Position numbers and translations under genes: made by a program
Virus record (IMG/VR): IMGVR_UViG_3300014501_000002
Span: 1 to 64,000 of that record
DNA: 64,000 nucleotides
From: a virus
Reading direction: 5' to 3' (one strand)
In this document: piece by piece, positions 46,159 through 56,320 of the stretch
Layout of the letters: every line of letters begins with the position of its first letter
Position numbering within the stretch: the stretch's first letter is position 1
The notes under the pieces: model-generated
Database searches by the model: none
Told to the model about the DNA's origin: nothing
The model's input: the letters and a program-made list of their open reading frames with translations, nothing else

Positions 46159-46612
46159 ACCACTGGCAATTTTCAGGTGTGTAGTTTCCATCATTGTCTT
46201 TCCTATCTATAGTTTTGTCATTTGGGCGAACACCCATGTCATAAAGAAAGTTTTGGAAAGACCATCTCCAACGAGTGCACACTTTGATGCCCCTTCCTCC
46301 GTAATCGTGGTAACGAGGATGTTTCTTGTAGTAACAGCGTTCTCTCATGGCAAGCCAAGAATAGTACGTAGGCGATCGTTTTCCTCCTCTTTTGTGTCCA
46401 TGAGTTGAGTTTCTTATAGACGAAAGCTCTCTAGCTAGGCACCCGCAACTTCGTATTTTTCCGTTTCGCATTTTAGAACCGCAAGTTGTAATCGTAGTGC
46501 CACATTTGCAACGGCATCGCCATAGGGAGTTTCCGCCGGAATCTAAACCAGCGGCTTCTAGAACGGTTAATCGTCCGAATACTAGACCTTCGAGTTGTAA
46601 ACGGTTTGCCAT
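46109..46612 (-). CDS. HNH homing endonuclease (antisense insertion)
   Basis: FGRLTV...WRCRCKCG...SCGC; YGGRGIKVC.RW...F..DMG...TIDRKDNDGNYTPENCQW. Confidence 0.9.
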   Translation of the reverse strand: MANRLQLEGLVFGRLTVLEAAGLDSGGNSLWRCRCKCGTTITTCGSKMRNGKIRSCGCLARELSSIRNSTHGHKRGGKRSPTYYSWLAMRERCYYKKHPRYHDYGGRGIKVCTRWRWSFQNFLYDMGVRPNDKTIDRKDNDGNYTPENCQWSTPKNQARNRRSTKQV

Positions 46613-46668
46613 AAAGAAATAGTAGCATTTCAAAGGTTTGTTTGTCAAGGCTTTTTAGTGAGGCGAGT

Positions 46669-47418
46669 ATGAAGATTATCACGAGAGCAATCCTCGATAT
46701 GGAAACATTGGAGTGGGTATGCGAGGACTCTTATGAATATGAAGGTCTGGTTGTACAATGCTGCGGGCCAACAACGGCTGAGCAGAATATTGCTGGGCAG
46801 CAGGAGCAATTTTCTCAGCAAGTACAACAGAATTATGGTACGCTGTTTAAGCAACAGCAAGGTGTAAATCAAAACTTAAGTAACATTTTTACACCAATCG
46901 CTGAAGCTGGGCCAAACCAGAACGGTATGAGCGCCCAGCAGCTAGCTGCGGAAAACACGCAAGCTCTTGATACTACGGGAGCCAATTACGCGAACGCGGC
47001 TCGCGCCCTGAACGGACAAATAGCTGGACATGCATCGGATTCTGGGTCAACATCCGGGCCGGAGCAACAGCTTCAGGCGAACTTGGCAAGCACCGCGGCC
47101 GGGCAGTTATCAACCGAACAGTTGGGGATTACGCAGCGGAATGCCGATCTTGGACGTCAGAACTTCCAAGAAGCGACCGGTGGGTTGCAATCTTTATCAG
47201 GCGACTATAGTCCGAACGCGGCAGGTAGCGCCGCAAATACGGCAAGCAATCAAGCATTCGGTGACGCAAACACGATCGCGCAGCAAGAGGCGCAGGAAGA
47301 TCAAGCTATATCAGGCGCGGTCACCGGCGGGGTGATGGATGCGGCTACATTCGGTGCCGGGGCAATGGGTGGCGGTGGGTTTCAAGGCGGTCTTAACGCA
47401 TTAACCGGTCAAGCATAA
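46669..47418 (+). CDS. DNA ejection/pilot protein (Gln/Ala/Gly-rich)
   Basis: Low-complexity helical composition; position after the tail genes. Confidence 0.7.
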   Translation: MKIITRAILDMETLEWVCEDSYEYEGLVVQCCGPTTAEQNIAGQQEQFSQQVQQNYGTLFKQQQGVNQNLSNIFTPIAEAGPNQNGMSAQQLAAENTQALDTTGANYANAARALNGQIAGHASDSGSTSGPEQQLQANLASTAAGQLSTEQLGITQRNADLGRQNFQEATGGLQSLSGDYSPNAAGSAANTASNQAFGDANTIAQQEAQEDQAISGAVTGGVMDAATFGAGAMGGGGFQGGLNALTGQA

Positions 47419-47429
47419 GGAGCAATAAA

Positions 47430-49688
47430 ATGGCATTAGTTCTTACCCCTGAACAACAGGCTAACCAGCAGCAGATGACGGCGGCAAATCAAGGTTCTGC
47501 ACCCGGCGCGGGCACGTTGGCCGGACCGGGAGGCACACCTCCAGCTGCGGCCGCTCCAGATACTGCGGCTCCCGATGCAGGACAAGGCGCCCTCGGTGCT
47601 CCGGATTCAACTCAGGAGCCCGTCAACGCGTCCAATCCAAAGTCGTTGTTCGCGCAGAAATTAGGCCGCGCTCTAGATAAACCAGAGAACTCAATTCCGC
47701 TGCAGGCGAATGGTAAGCCTCAGCCCGGCGGATGGGCGAAGTCGTTGCTCGGCGCCGCGCAAGGTGTGTTGTCCGGTCTCGGTGATGCTCCGCAAGGAAA
47801 GGCCCCAGTCGGCGGCGGAATCCTGAGTGGAATCACGGGCACGATTGCGAATCGCAATCAGCGTCTTGCTGCGCAGAAAGAGCAAGCTCAAAAGGCCCAG
47901 CACGAAAATGCCGAAGATCAACGCGCACAGGAAAAACAAGATGATGCGCATCAGAAGGCACAGCTGGATAATACCGAAGCGAATCTGCGCATGATCCACA
48001 CGCAGAATTTGAACCATCAAATCGGCGTCGTCGATCCAATGATTGCCGATGGAAACAAGACGCTCAAAATGTTGGAAGATCCCGATAGCGGACATCCTAC
48101 GCCGGTTCTCGCACGAGATGTCACGTACGCCGACCTACAGAAGGGTGTTGTCGACGGTAAGTGGAACCTGCATGATATGACGCCGTTCCCATCTGGTAAG
48201 AAGGCAATCGGCACGGACGCGAACGGTGAGCCGCAGTACGCGACTACGTACACGCTTGTGGATGCGCACGGTAAGGTCACGCCGAACGAAGATGAGATCA
48301 AGTACCTAAACGCCAATAAAGCGACCGACCAGCCCATTAAGCCGGGTCAGGAATTCGATTTCAGTTCATGGAATTCTCTGCATCAGAAGGCCGATGATAT
48401 CAAGGCTCAGACAGATGCGCGAAACAAGACGTTGATCAATAACAAATTGTCCGATGCGGACGATGCTTATAAATTAGAGAAGGTCGACTTTCCTCCGGTA
48501 TGGTCGAAGGCGCTGTCCGATCCTCGCGCGAAAGGCAAGGATGGTTTGCCTGATCCGATTAAAGCACGTAACCTGATCCTAAGCGACCCGGCATCGTTGA
48601 AGCAATTCCCGGACGTTGCAAAGCTTGTTCCCGAAGCTTACCCTGGATTCGACAAACTCGAGTCTCAGGCTCAGGAAGCAGGATTTAAGGCTACGGAAGA
48701 TGCTGCGAAGAAAGCGGCAGACAAGGCCGATGACATTCGTAATCTCATGACAGATGATATGAAAGCGAGTATTGCACAGCTTTCTCCGGATCGACAGAAG
48801 TTCCTTGGTCAGTATAACCCGGAAGAACAAGGCGCGATCGTATCTCTCGGCACGAGCCCCGGCGATGTAAACTTCCGCGATGTGTTCACACGTATGGCGA
48901 AGGGCCAGAAAGGTCTCACGCCACAAGACGCGGAAAACGCCATCAAGCAAGTTTACCCGCACTGGAGCATGGCTGCGTACGCGAACACTCAAAAGATGTA
49001 CAAGGACATCACGGGTGGCGGTCCGTTGTCCAAGCAGATCGCACAGTACAACAACGTTCTACAGCACGCATCCATCGCGCAAGATGCAATCACCGAAGCG
49101 ACCGGTCGCGCAAACAACCCGCGGTTCGTGAACACCGCTTTGAACCAACTCGAGAAACAGGGTTGGGGAGCCGAAGCCGGTAAATTGAATATCGCGCTCG
49201 GTACGGTCAAGGATGAATATGCGTTGTTGCAGTCCGGCGGATACAAACCGTCTGAACAAGAACAAGCAACTCTCGACGCAGCACTAAAGCCTACCGCTAC
49301 TGCTGGACAGATTTCCGGTGCATTGAAAGCCTTAGCCGACGTCGGAGCCGTTCGATTGAACCAGATCAACGATCAGTACAAGCGTAGCTCTGGTCGCAAC
49401 GTTCCCGGAATGTTGAATCAGGATTCGGTGGACGCCGCAAACCACCTCAACGTCAACCCGGCTACGAGAAAGGTTCTCGGACGCATGAACGTCGCGGGCG
49501 ATTTGTTCGGAAACGACGATGGACATCTAGCGTCGCAGGATTTAGAGCAGAAGAATACGCAGGCGCCTAATGCCGCAGCCGCCCCGACACAACCAGTTGC
49601 GGGAATTCCTCACAATGTCATTATCAACGGAAAGGTTGCAGGAGTCACGACAGATGGTGGTAAGACTTACAAGCCGGTCGCGCAATAA
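47430..49688 (+). CDS. Internal virion/ejection protein
   Basis: 752 aa, helical, in the ejection-gene position. Confidence 0.7.
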   Translation: MALVLTPEQQANQQQMTAANQGSAPGAGTLAGPGGTPPAAAAPDTAAPDAGQGALGAPDSTQEPVNASNPKSLFAQKLGRALDKPENSIPLQANGKPQPGGWAKSLLGAAQGVLSGLGDAPQGKAPVGGGILSGITGTIANRNQRLAAQKEQAQKAQHENAEDQRAQEKQDDAHQKAQLDNTEANLRMIHTQNLNHQIGVVDPMIADGNKTLKMLEDPDSGHPTPVLARDVTYADLQKGVVDGKWNLHDMTPFPSGKKAIGTDANGEPQYATTYTLVDAHGKVTPNEDEIKYLNANKATDQPIKPGQEFDFSSWNSLHQKADDIKAQTDARNKTLINNKLSDADDAYKLEKVDFPPVWSKALSDPRAKGKDGLPDPIKARNLILSDPASLKQFPDVAKLVPEAYPGFDKLESQAQEAGFKATEDAAKKAADKADDIRNLMTDDMKASIAQLSPDRQKFLGQYNPEEQGAIVSLGTSPGDVNFRDVFTRMAKGQKGLTPQDAENAIKQVYPHWSMAAYANTQKMYKDITGGGPLSKQIAQYNNVLQHASIAQDAITEATGRANNPRFVNTALNQLEKQGWGAEAGKLNIALGTVKDEYALLQSGGYKPSEQEQATLDAALKPTATAGQISGALKALADVGAVRLNQINDQYKRSSGRNVPGMLNQDSVDAANHLNVNPATRKVLGRMNVAGDLFGNDDGHLASQDLEQKNTQAPNAAAAPTQPVAGIPHNVIINGKVAGVTTDGGKTYKPVAQ

Positions 49689-49694
49689 TAGGAA

Positions 49695-51425
49695 ATGATT
49701 ATGGCAGACACCAACAATATCCCCGTCCCCACCGGTGCAACATTTGCGCCGGTAGAATCAGAAGCTGTTCCCGTTCCCCAAGGTGCGACATTTTCGCCGG
49801 TCACGCCTGTGTCCGATGTAAATCCCGGCACGATGTCTGCGCCTCCGAAGACAACCCCGGGCGGTCTTTTAGATACGGCGGCTCAGGCAGTAATCGATCC
49901 CATCGGCTCGGTGAGCAAAGCTTTGGATCATGTGACGTCGTCCATCGAGAATTATACGCAACAGGGACGTGCAGAACATCCGATCCTGTCCCGCATCGGT
50001 GACGCTACACGCGAAGCTAAAGAGTTGTTGACCGGCGGACAGTCGGCAGGTAAACCTCTCGGTACGTCAAGCGGCGTGACCAATAATCCCGTGACTATCG
50101 CGATGTCGACGGCTCCAGGTGCGGCTGAACTAGGCGCCGAGGCAGAACAAAGATTGACGCAAGGTTTGGAAGCGATTAAGTCAGCGCGGGTCGCGCGCAC
50201 TGCAACCGCGGCACAGGAAGCGGCTGCGAAGGTTGCAACCGTGAAACCCGTGGACCCGGCTCAGTTTGTGTATCGCGAGCCTTCCCCGGTGCCCCAACAC
50301 GGCGCGCCGGTACAGGTCGACAGCCCATTGGATAATGCAACGATCAATAAACTCCCCGGTGGAAAAGATTTGAGCGCGAATGCCATCGAGACTCTCAAAC
50401 AGCATGTCGGCGGCACACCTGGCGCGGAGATTGAGGCTGGAAGCAGCCCGAAGAACACGCTCATGAAGGCCGTCGAGCCTGTCCAGCAGACCATCAAAGA
50501 TACGGGTATCAAGATGAATGACCTGATACAGAATTCACCTCCGTTTCGATCCACCGTGAAGGACGACGGCACGTTGGTTGATGTGATGGACGAACTGAAG
50601 AACAACATACCCGCGAGCGATCGCGCGAAGCTGAGTCTAGATGTGGACGATGAATTGAAGAATGCAAACGACGCGATGATTTCGTTCGATCCGAACGAAG
50701 TGCTCGCGTATCGTCGGAAGCTCGGCAGTCAGATCGATTGGAACGATATCCCGCGCAACCCGCAGACTCCGGGAGAAGTGCAGAATGTCGCGAAGGTAAA
50801 AATTTACAAGGCATTGGGCGATAAGATTCACACCGAAGTCCCAGGCGCCGCGGAACTGGATAAAGTCTTCCAGCCGAACCTGGAATTGCAATCGCACCTC
50901 GACGCGAAGCTTGGACGCACAGTTAGTCGCGACCCAGTGGAAGCGAACGCACAACAGCGGTCCGAATTGCTCAAGGGCAAGGCGCAGCTGGAGAACAAGG
51001 CGCACAATGATATCGTTGCGAAGAACCGCGACCTCGCCGGGCTGTCAGAGAGCGACATAAAGCCGACCATCACCGGGGCGAATGTTCCTAAGACTCCGGT
51101 AGACGTGGCAGTCGACAAGGCTCTGGACCAGTTTAATGTACCCGTCACAGAGAAGCCCGCGTTGCGAGACATCCTTGATGTAAAGGCCGGGACTTATTAC
51201 GGCACGAACACCGATTGGGTAAACGCGAGAAATACTTTCGATAAACTGTCCCCGGCTGAGCGTGCGGCCCGATTCTCTAACCCCGAAGAGGTGCGATCGG
51301 TGCTACAGAAACAAGCTAAAAGGCAAGCTGTTAAGGCGATCCTTAAATATGGTAGTATCGGAGCGGCAGCCATCGGCACGGGTATCGACAGGTACATTCT
51401 GCACGCAGCGGCGACGGGAGAATAA
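49695..51425 (+). CDS. Internal virion/ejection protein
   Basis: PxGATF.PV N-terminal repeats; Ala-rich helices. Confidence 0.7.
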   Translation: MIMADTNNIPVPTGATFAPVESEAVPVPQGATFSPVTPVSDVNPGTMSAPPKTTPGGLLDTAAQAVIDPIGSVSKALDHVTSSIENYTQQGRAEHPILSRIGDATREAKELLTGGQSAGKPLGTSSGVTNNPVTIAMSTAPGAAELGAEAEQRLTQGLEAIKSARVARTATAAQEAAAKVATVKPVDPAQFVYREPSPVPQHGAPVQVDSPLDNATINKLPGGKDLSANAIETLKQHVGGTPGAEIEAGSSPKNTLMKAVEPVQQTIKDTGIKMNDLIQNSPPFRSTVKDDGTLVDVMDELKNNIPASDRAKLSLDVDDELKNANDAMISFDPNEVLAYRRKLGSQIDWNDIPRNPQTPGEVQNVAKVKIYKALGDKIHTEVPGAAELDKVFQPNLELQSHLDAKLGRTVSRDPVEANAQQRSELLKGKAQLENKAHNDIVAKNRDLAGLSESDIKPTITGANVPKTPVDVAVDKALDQFNVPVTEKPALRDILDVKAGTYYGTNTDWVNARNTFDKLSPAERAARFSNPEEVRSVLQKQAKRQAVKAILKYGSIGAAAIGTGIDRYILHAAATGE

Positions 51426-52085
51426 ATGTCATCCACGAATGTTATGCCTAAGAATGCCGATCCGATCGGGGACGTGGCTAAGGCGCTCGATAGCGTCGTA
51501 GGCGAAATCACTCAGTATCCCGAACAAGACGTCAAGCAGCATCCTATCCTGATCCACATCGCGAACACGTTGCGCGCGGCAACCGATATGCTGCGTAAGG
51601 AAACCGGCGCGGAGGGAACAAACCTCACGCAGAATCAAGTTTCGCCGGGCACGGACGAACAGGCGGCCAAGGGCGTTCAGAATTTGCCGGAGTTTGCGGC
51701 GGCGCACGGCGGCGACGAAGACCTCGCCGGTCTGTCCAAGGCCACGAAGCTTGTGGCGCTCGCGAAGAAATATCCGCAAGTCGCGGAGACGTTGAATATG
51801 GCGAAGGATCATCCGCTGCTCTCGAAGATCATCACCACGCCTCCGAAGCCGGAGCCTGCAGCGAAGTCTCCCGCAGCGAAACCGGCTGCGAAGAAAGATA
51901 AGACTGCGGCGAAGCCATCCGCTCCGGAAGCTAAGAACGAAGAGCAGCCCGAAGCCCCGCCTCCAGTCGAGGCAGGATTCGTGCGCGTGCAGGATAGTCG
52001 CGGCGGAATCCACGACATCCCCGAGCAGGCGATCGCTGCGGCGCAACAGCGCGATCCAGGTCTCAAGATCATGGGCGGTAAATAA
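51426..52085 (+). CDS. Putative internal virion protein
   Basis: C-terminal VRVQDSRGGIHDIP...AAQQRDPG motif; Pro/Ala/Lys linker. Confidence 0.65.
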   Translation: MSSTNVMPKNADPIGDVAKALDSVVGEITQYPEQDVKQHPILIHIANTLRAATDMLRKETGAEGTNLTQNQVSPGTDEQAAKGVQNLPEFAAAHGGDEDLAGLSKATKLVALAKKYPQVAETLNMAKDHPLLSKIITTPPKPEPAAKSPAAKPAAKKDKTAAKPSAPEAKNEEQPEAPPPVEAGFVRVQDSRGGIHDIPEQAIAAAQQRDPGLKIMGGK

Positions 52086-54148
52086 TGGCTGACGATAAGG
52101 ACTATCAACAGTCCGCGGAGTTTACGCCTACTCCGGAAGATACCAGAAGTTTCCAATCGTGGACGCCCACCGGCCCCACGCAAGTTGACGGAATGGTTTC
52201 ACCGGGGAACATTGATTTGACTGCGCGCCCGATCGTTCATCACTCGGACGGATCGTCCAGTTCTTTGTATTCGTCCAGCTTCAATGAGGACGGCCGCGAA
52301 ATCCTGGTCCCGCAAGTGAGCTCCGACGGCCACATGATGACCGAGCAAGAATCTCGAGATGAATACCATAAAACCGGAAAGCATCTCGGTATGTTCAAGA
52401 GCCCCGATGACGCGGATAAGTACGCGTCGATGCTTCATTTGAAACAGGGCGCGTTCCAGACATACAAGAACGGCGGGAAGTATAACCCATCCGTCGAGAC
52501 TTATGACGATTGGAAAGAGCCTAAAGATGGAGCTCCGGAAAGCAGCCGATTGGTGGGCGATCGAGCACTAGCCAGCACTCAAGCACAAGCCAAAGCTGAT
52601 CTTCCGCAACCGAAAACTCAATCCGCATTCGACTTCTCCGATCTAGGTGGGAAGAAAATTTCTGCGGGCGATGCGCTCAAAAAGAACGAAGCGGATGCCG
52701 CGGCAGATAACGAACTGTACGGCACAAATCCCCAGGCGTATAAAGTCAAGCATCCGATCGATTACCAAATTCGTAAAGCACACGACTTCATGTCGAATGC
52801 GATCACCGGTCTCGCGATGCACGATCAGGCCGCAAGCACGAAGGCATTGGCTGAAGCGCCTGTACGTAAAGTGGTCAGCGGCGCGATGGGTCTCGCGGGT
52901 GTGCCGACCGGCGAACAGGAAGGCGGGATACTGAAATCTACGTTACCAGTTAGGCCCGGTGGCGGTGAATTAGGCAACATTGAGCGCGGCCCGGATCGCC
53001 GCGTCGGCGGCGATGAGCTACCCGTGGAAGGCGAGCGTCGTCTCGGGCCACGTCGGCAAGTCACATATTCAGATGCGCAGAGTCGCGCGATCAAGAACGT
53101 AGATGCACAAATCGCCAAGCCTGGTATAACTCCTGAAGACCATTCTTCTTTGACTCGACAGAGACAGGAAATTCTCGATCACCCGGAAGACTTCGGTGTG
53201 GTCAGCGAGGCGCGGAAAGAGCCCAACGAGCCCGGCCTTGAGCAACAGATCAACGCGGTGCGCGGCCAGATCGGTCGTGGAAAGTCTCCGGAGTCCTTGG
53301 AGCCTGGCGCCCGGTACCTGTACCAGAAGTACGTGTCGCCTCTAGGCGGCGAAATTTCTAAATCGTACAAGCCGGTTGCCGGTTTGGACCCCGAAGAGGT
53401 AGAAGCGATCGGCGGAAAGACCATCGTTCCGCCTACGCCGCACCCCGATGTGATCAAAGACGGGTGGATCACGGACCAGGGATTCGTCGAGAACCCGCAC
53501 GGAACAAATCACAAACAGAATGCACCGGACAATGATACGCAAGCTGCGATTAAAAACGGCCACGTACGTGTCGCGACGCTGGGAACGAACGGAGAGAATC
53601 TCCATTTCGAAGCACACGACTACAGCAACCCTGTTACTCGCAAGCGCATCGCGGACGCGATTCAGCATGGGCCGCGTGCACAAAACATCAGTATGGAGTT
53701 CACGAAGTCTCAAGCTTATAAAAATGCAATGAGCATGAGCCCGGAAGATGCAATGAAATGGCTCGACTCACACGGCGGTGTCTCCGGAGTGACCGAAGAG
53801 GTTAAACCCGGCCCGGCTACCGACCCGCACGAGTATACGGAGTCTGCGAAGTACAACGGAGTGGAATACCGCGGTTTACAGAAACCAATCCTGGATGATA
53901 CCGGGAAAGTTTTGCATCCCGGTGTGGCAATGTTCCAAGACCCGAAATCGGGCACGTCCGTCGCGGTGCGATTGGATGAATGGACCCCGGCGAAGCTGCA
54001 CGAGCACGTAGAGGCGGCGCGCGAGCGTATGAAGGGTACGCCCAATGTTGTGAAGCCGACGTACGGCGTGGTACTGAAAAAGCTTGACAAGAAGCCGAAG
54101 ATTAAGCTAGACTCTGATGAGGCTGGAAGAAAAGCCCTTTACGAATAA
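52085..54148 (+). CDS. Putative internal virion protein
   Basis: GNIDL..RP.V...DGS...EILVP.V...GKHLG.F...AD.YA domain seen in phage ejection proteins. Confidence 0.7.
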   Translation: MADDKDYQQSAEFTPTPEDTRSFQSWTPTGPTQVDGMVSPGNIDLTARPIVHHSDGSSSSLYSSSFNEDGREILVPQVSSDGHMMTEQESRDEYHKTGKHLGMFKSPDDADKYASMLHLKQGAFQTYKNGGKYNPSVETYDDWKEPKDGAPESSRLVGDRALASTQAQAKADLPQPKTQSAFDFSDLGGKKISAGDALKKNEADAAADNELYGTNPQAYKVKHPIDYQIRKAHDFMSNAITGLAMHDQAASTKALAEAPVRKVVSGAMGLAGVPTGEQEGGILKSTLPVRPGGGELGNIERGPDRRVGGDELPVEGERRLGPRRQVTYSDAQSRAIKNVDAQIAKPGITPEDHSSLTRQRQEILDHPEDFGVVSEARKEPNEPGLEQQINAVRGQIGRGKSPESLEPGARYLYQKYVSPLGGEISKSYKPVAGLDPEEVEAIGGKTIVPPTPHPDVIKDGWITDQGFVENPHGTNHKQNAPDNDTQAAIKNGHVRVATLGTNGENLHFEAHDYSNPVTRKRIADAIQHGPRAQNISMEFTKSQAYKNAMSMSPEDAMKWLDSHGGVSGVTEEVKPGPATDPHEYTESAKYNGVEYRGLQKPILDDTGKVLHPGVAMFQDPKSGTSVAVRLDEWTPAKLHEHVEAARERMKGTPNVVKPTYGVVLKKLDKKPKIKLDSDEAGRKALYE
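54084..54113 (+). promoter_or_regulatory. sigma70-like promoter
   Basis: TTGACA-N18-TAGACT upstream of 54158. Confidence 0.5.
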
Positions 54149-54157
54149 AGGAGGCTT

Positions 54158-54436
54158 ATGCTCTACAGAATCTATGCAGCAAATATTTTATTTGATGATG
54201 TGGCGGTCATTTTATGCGGCCGCGGCATTCGGTCGTTCTCGCTGATTAAGCAAGAGGGTTACTGGCGCGGCGTACCTGAAGCATCGATTGTAATCGATGT
54301 GTTCGATCAGGGTGGAGAACTTGAGAATCGGATATATGCGGCCGCAGAAGATATTCGTGCGCTCACCGGTCAAGAGATTGTGTACGTGATCGAATCCAAG
54401 GCACATGCGGTCCGATCGATAAAACAAAAGTCTTGA
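54158..54436 (+). CDS. Hypothetical protein
   Basis: AGGAGG RBS; GYWRGVPE...QE.V motif. Confidence 0.75.
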   Translation: MLYRIYAANILFDDVAVILCGRGIRSFSLIKQEGYWRGVPEASIVIDVFDQGGELENRIYAAAEDIRALTGQEIVYVIESKAHAVRSIKQKS

Positions 54437-54493
54437 CATCAGTTTTGTAATTTCGGCTCCACCATTTCTCGGTAGCTAAAGAAAGGAGGACCA

Positions 54494-54643
54494 ATGAGTG
54501 AGAATAAGGGCGGGGACGTTCTAGCTCGCGGGAATGTGCGGTGCACATTTCAGCCAGCCGGTTCGAAAGTCTCGCAAAAGAAGTGGGATAAGATTTGGGA
54601 TATCTCCACGAAGAAAGCGCCTCGCAAAAACCGCAAGAGCTAA
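54494..54643 (+). CDS. Small basic hypothetical protein (49 aa)
   Basis: AGGAGG RBS; MSENKGG...KKWDKIW...RKS*; below the ORF-track cutoff. Confidence 0.65.
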   Translation: MSENKGGDVLARGNVRCTFQPAGSKVSQKKWDKIWDISTKKAPRKNRKS

Positions 54644-54718
54644 CCTAAAATGATCGTATCTGGTGCCGGGTAACTGTCCCGCAGGCCCGGCACAATCCCT
54701 TGAACTGAGGAGGCTCAG

Positions 54719-55078
54719 ATGTCAAGTTTATTGGCAGTGAATTACGATGAGCGCCACAAGGCGTTCGCGGATTTCAAACAGGATATTGAAACACGGCTCG
54801 AAGCATGGCTCTTGGAACATCCTGTCCAGGAACAGAAATTGCTCACCACAGCCTTCGGGAAAAACATGATCGTGAAAGTGCTGCCGTCCAATTTCGCGTA
54901 TGGCGGGTGGATCGTGTACAAGAACGGGGAGATTATGGAGACGTTCACCGGCGAGAACGCATGGTCGGACGCGACCGCGTACGGAAACAGTCTATTGAAT
55001 CCAACTCTGCAAGAAGAAAATCGACAGCGAGACGAACAAGAAGAGAGGCGTCGGAGAGACGAAGGTTACATTTATTAA
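54719..55078 (+). CDS. Hypothetical protein
   Basis: GAGGAGG RBS. Confidence 0.75.
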   Translation: MSSLLAVNYDERHKAFADFKQDIETRLEAWLLEHPVQEQKLLTTAFGKNMIVKVLPSNFAYGGWIVYKNGEIMETFTGENAWSDATAYGNSLLNPTLQEENRQRDEQEERRRRDEGYIY

Positions 55079-55089
55079 GCTTAGGGTGC

Positions 55090-55167
55090 GGGCACAGTAG
55101 ATCCCAGAAATGGGCACGTGTCATCCCGCACCACAATTTTAAAGAACGGGCACACTCGATCCCAGAA
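55090..55167. repeat. Three direct copies of GGGCAC-N4-SATCCC at the integrase 3' end (candidate att/arm sites)
   Basis: Copies start at 55090, 55112 and 55148; the first and third extend with AGAA. Confidence 0.6.
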
Positions 55168-56053
55168 TATCAAACCCCAGCCCGGCCTTTTTGGCCCATT
55201 CCTTGCGCAGCGTAGTGTTCTGTGCAAGCTTAGAATACCGATCGGTGATATCTCGGTTGGCCGAGTGGCCGATCCAGAACTTCAGGATGTCCTCGGGTGT
55301 CCCGACTTCCCGGAGCCGCGTGGTGCGAAACCGGCGAAGGCTGTGATGTCCAGGCACGCCGTCCGCTTTCAGCGTCCGGTACGTATTATCACGTTTCATG
55401 TTGAATAGTTTGCCTGTCGGGCCACTTATCGCGCGCAGCGTATCACTGATCTCTGGGATGATATCCACCTCGCGCGTGCCTGCGGCCGTCTTCGGCGTCG
55501 CGCTTCGTCCGTCCTGTACCTGATCCCGGATAATCAGCTTGCCTTGCTCTGGGAGCCAGAACGACCCTTTGCCGTCGTCCAGGCCCGCCCGTAGCGCCAA
55601 GCATTCGCTGATTCTAAGCCCAGTACCAGCCAGAGTGATATACAGAGGCTTAAACAGCCCTTCCGCCTCGGAAATCGCCTCCTGGAGGGCTTCCCGGCCT
55701 ATGCTAGGCGATGATTGATCCGATGGATTCACTTCCGGAAGGTCGATAAAGTCTGCATTCCACGTACGCGGGTACAATTCGTTGCCATTCGCGTCCGTCG
55801 CGGAGGCTATAACCCCCTTTAAACAGTTCACGATACCACACACCGACGCCGGTTTTAGTTCCCCGGCGATCGAAGACACAAACTTCTTCATGCTTCCGTT
55901 ATCGAAGTTCGCCAAGTCTTCGGCGCCGCAGAGGGGAACGATCCATGTCCGGAGGTAACTCTGGTATCTTTGCAGGGTTCCCGGCTTGGGCGGCTTCCGG
56001 CGCCGAGACTCTAAGGCTTTGATGAATGCGACCGATTGTTCTTGGATGGTCAT
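55139..56053 (-). CDS. int: Tyrosine recombinase / integrase
   Basis: TGLRISE (R), PKT (K), HSLRR (HxxR), GHS (H), DRYS (Y); SAM-like N-domain; AGGAGG RBS. Confidence 0.93.
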   Translation of the reverse strand: MTIQEQSVAFIKALESRRRKPPKPGTLQRYQSYLRTWIVPLCGAEDLANFDNGSMKKFVSSIAGELKPASVCGIVNCLKGVIASATDANGNELYPRTWNADFIDLPEVNPSDQSSPSIGREALQEAISEAEGLFKPLYITLAGTGLRISECLALRAGLDDGKGSFWLPEQGKLIIRDQVQDGRSATPKTAAGTREVDIIPEISDTLRAISGPTGKLFNMKRDNTYRTLKADGVPGHHSLRRFRTTRLREVGTPEDILKFWIGHSANRDITDRYSKLAQNTTLRKEWAKKAGLGFDILGSSVPVL

Positions 56054-56071
56054 TGTATCCTCCTGTAAACG

Positions 56072-56100
56072 AAGGTAGCATTGATTCACAGGCGGGTCAA
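56072..56100 (-). promoter_or_regulatory. Integrase promoter
   Basis: TTGACC-N17-TACCTT with extended TG. Confidence 0.55.
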
Positions 56101-56101
56101 G

Positions 56102-56320
56102 CTAATTTATTTTGATGTTCGGATTCGGACACAACTCTTGTTTCTGTTTAATTATTTCGAGCCATACGACGGCAGCTGTAGCCGGTACTAACCCGGATGG
56201 ATAGATGTCGCCCCTCTGGTATTCTTCGTCGTATTTTTTGTATAGCTTTGCACATTCTTCGCAACACTCCATATACCTCTTTTCCAACTCGTTCAATTTC
56301 CTCCGCTTCTTTTGGTCCAT
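56102..56320 (-). CDS. Hypothetical protein
   Basis: AGGAGG RBS. Confidence 0.65.
   Translation of the reverse strand: MDQKKRRKLNELEKRYMECCEECAKLYKKYDEEYQRGDIYPSGLVPATAAVVWLEIIKQKQELCPNPNIKIN

Noticed and set aside
39917-52046. Long antisense ORFs (e.g. 39917-40627, 51429-52046)
   Set aside because: These are shadows of codon-biased plus-strand genes, with no motifs or RBS.
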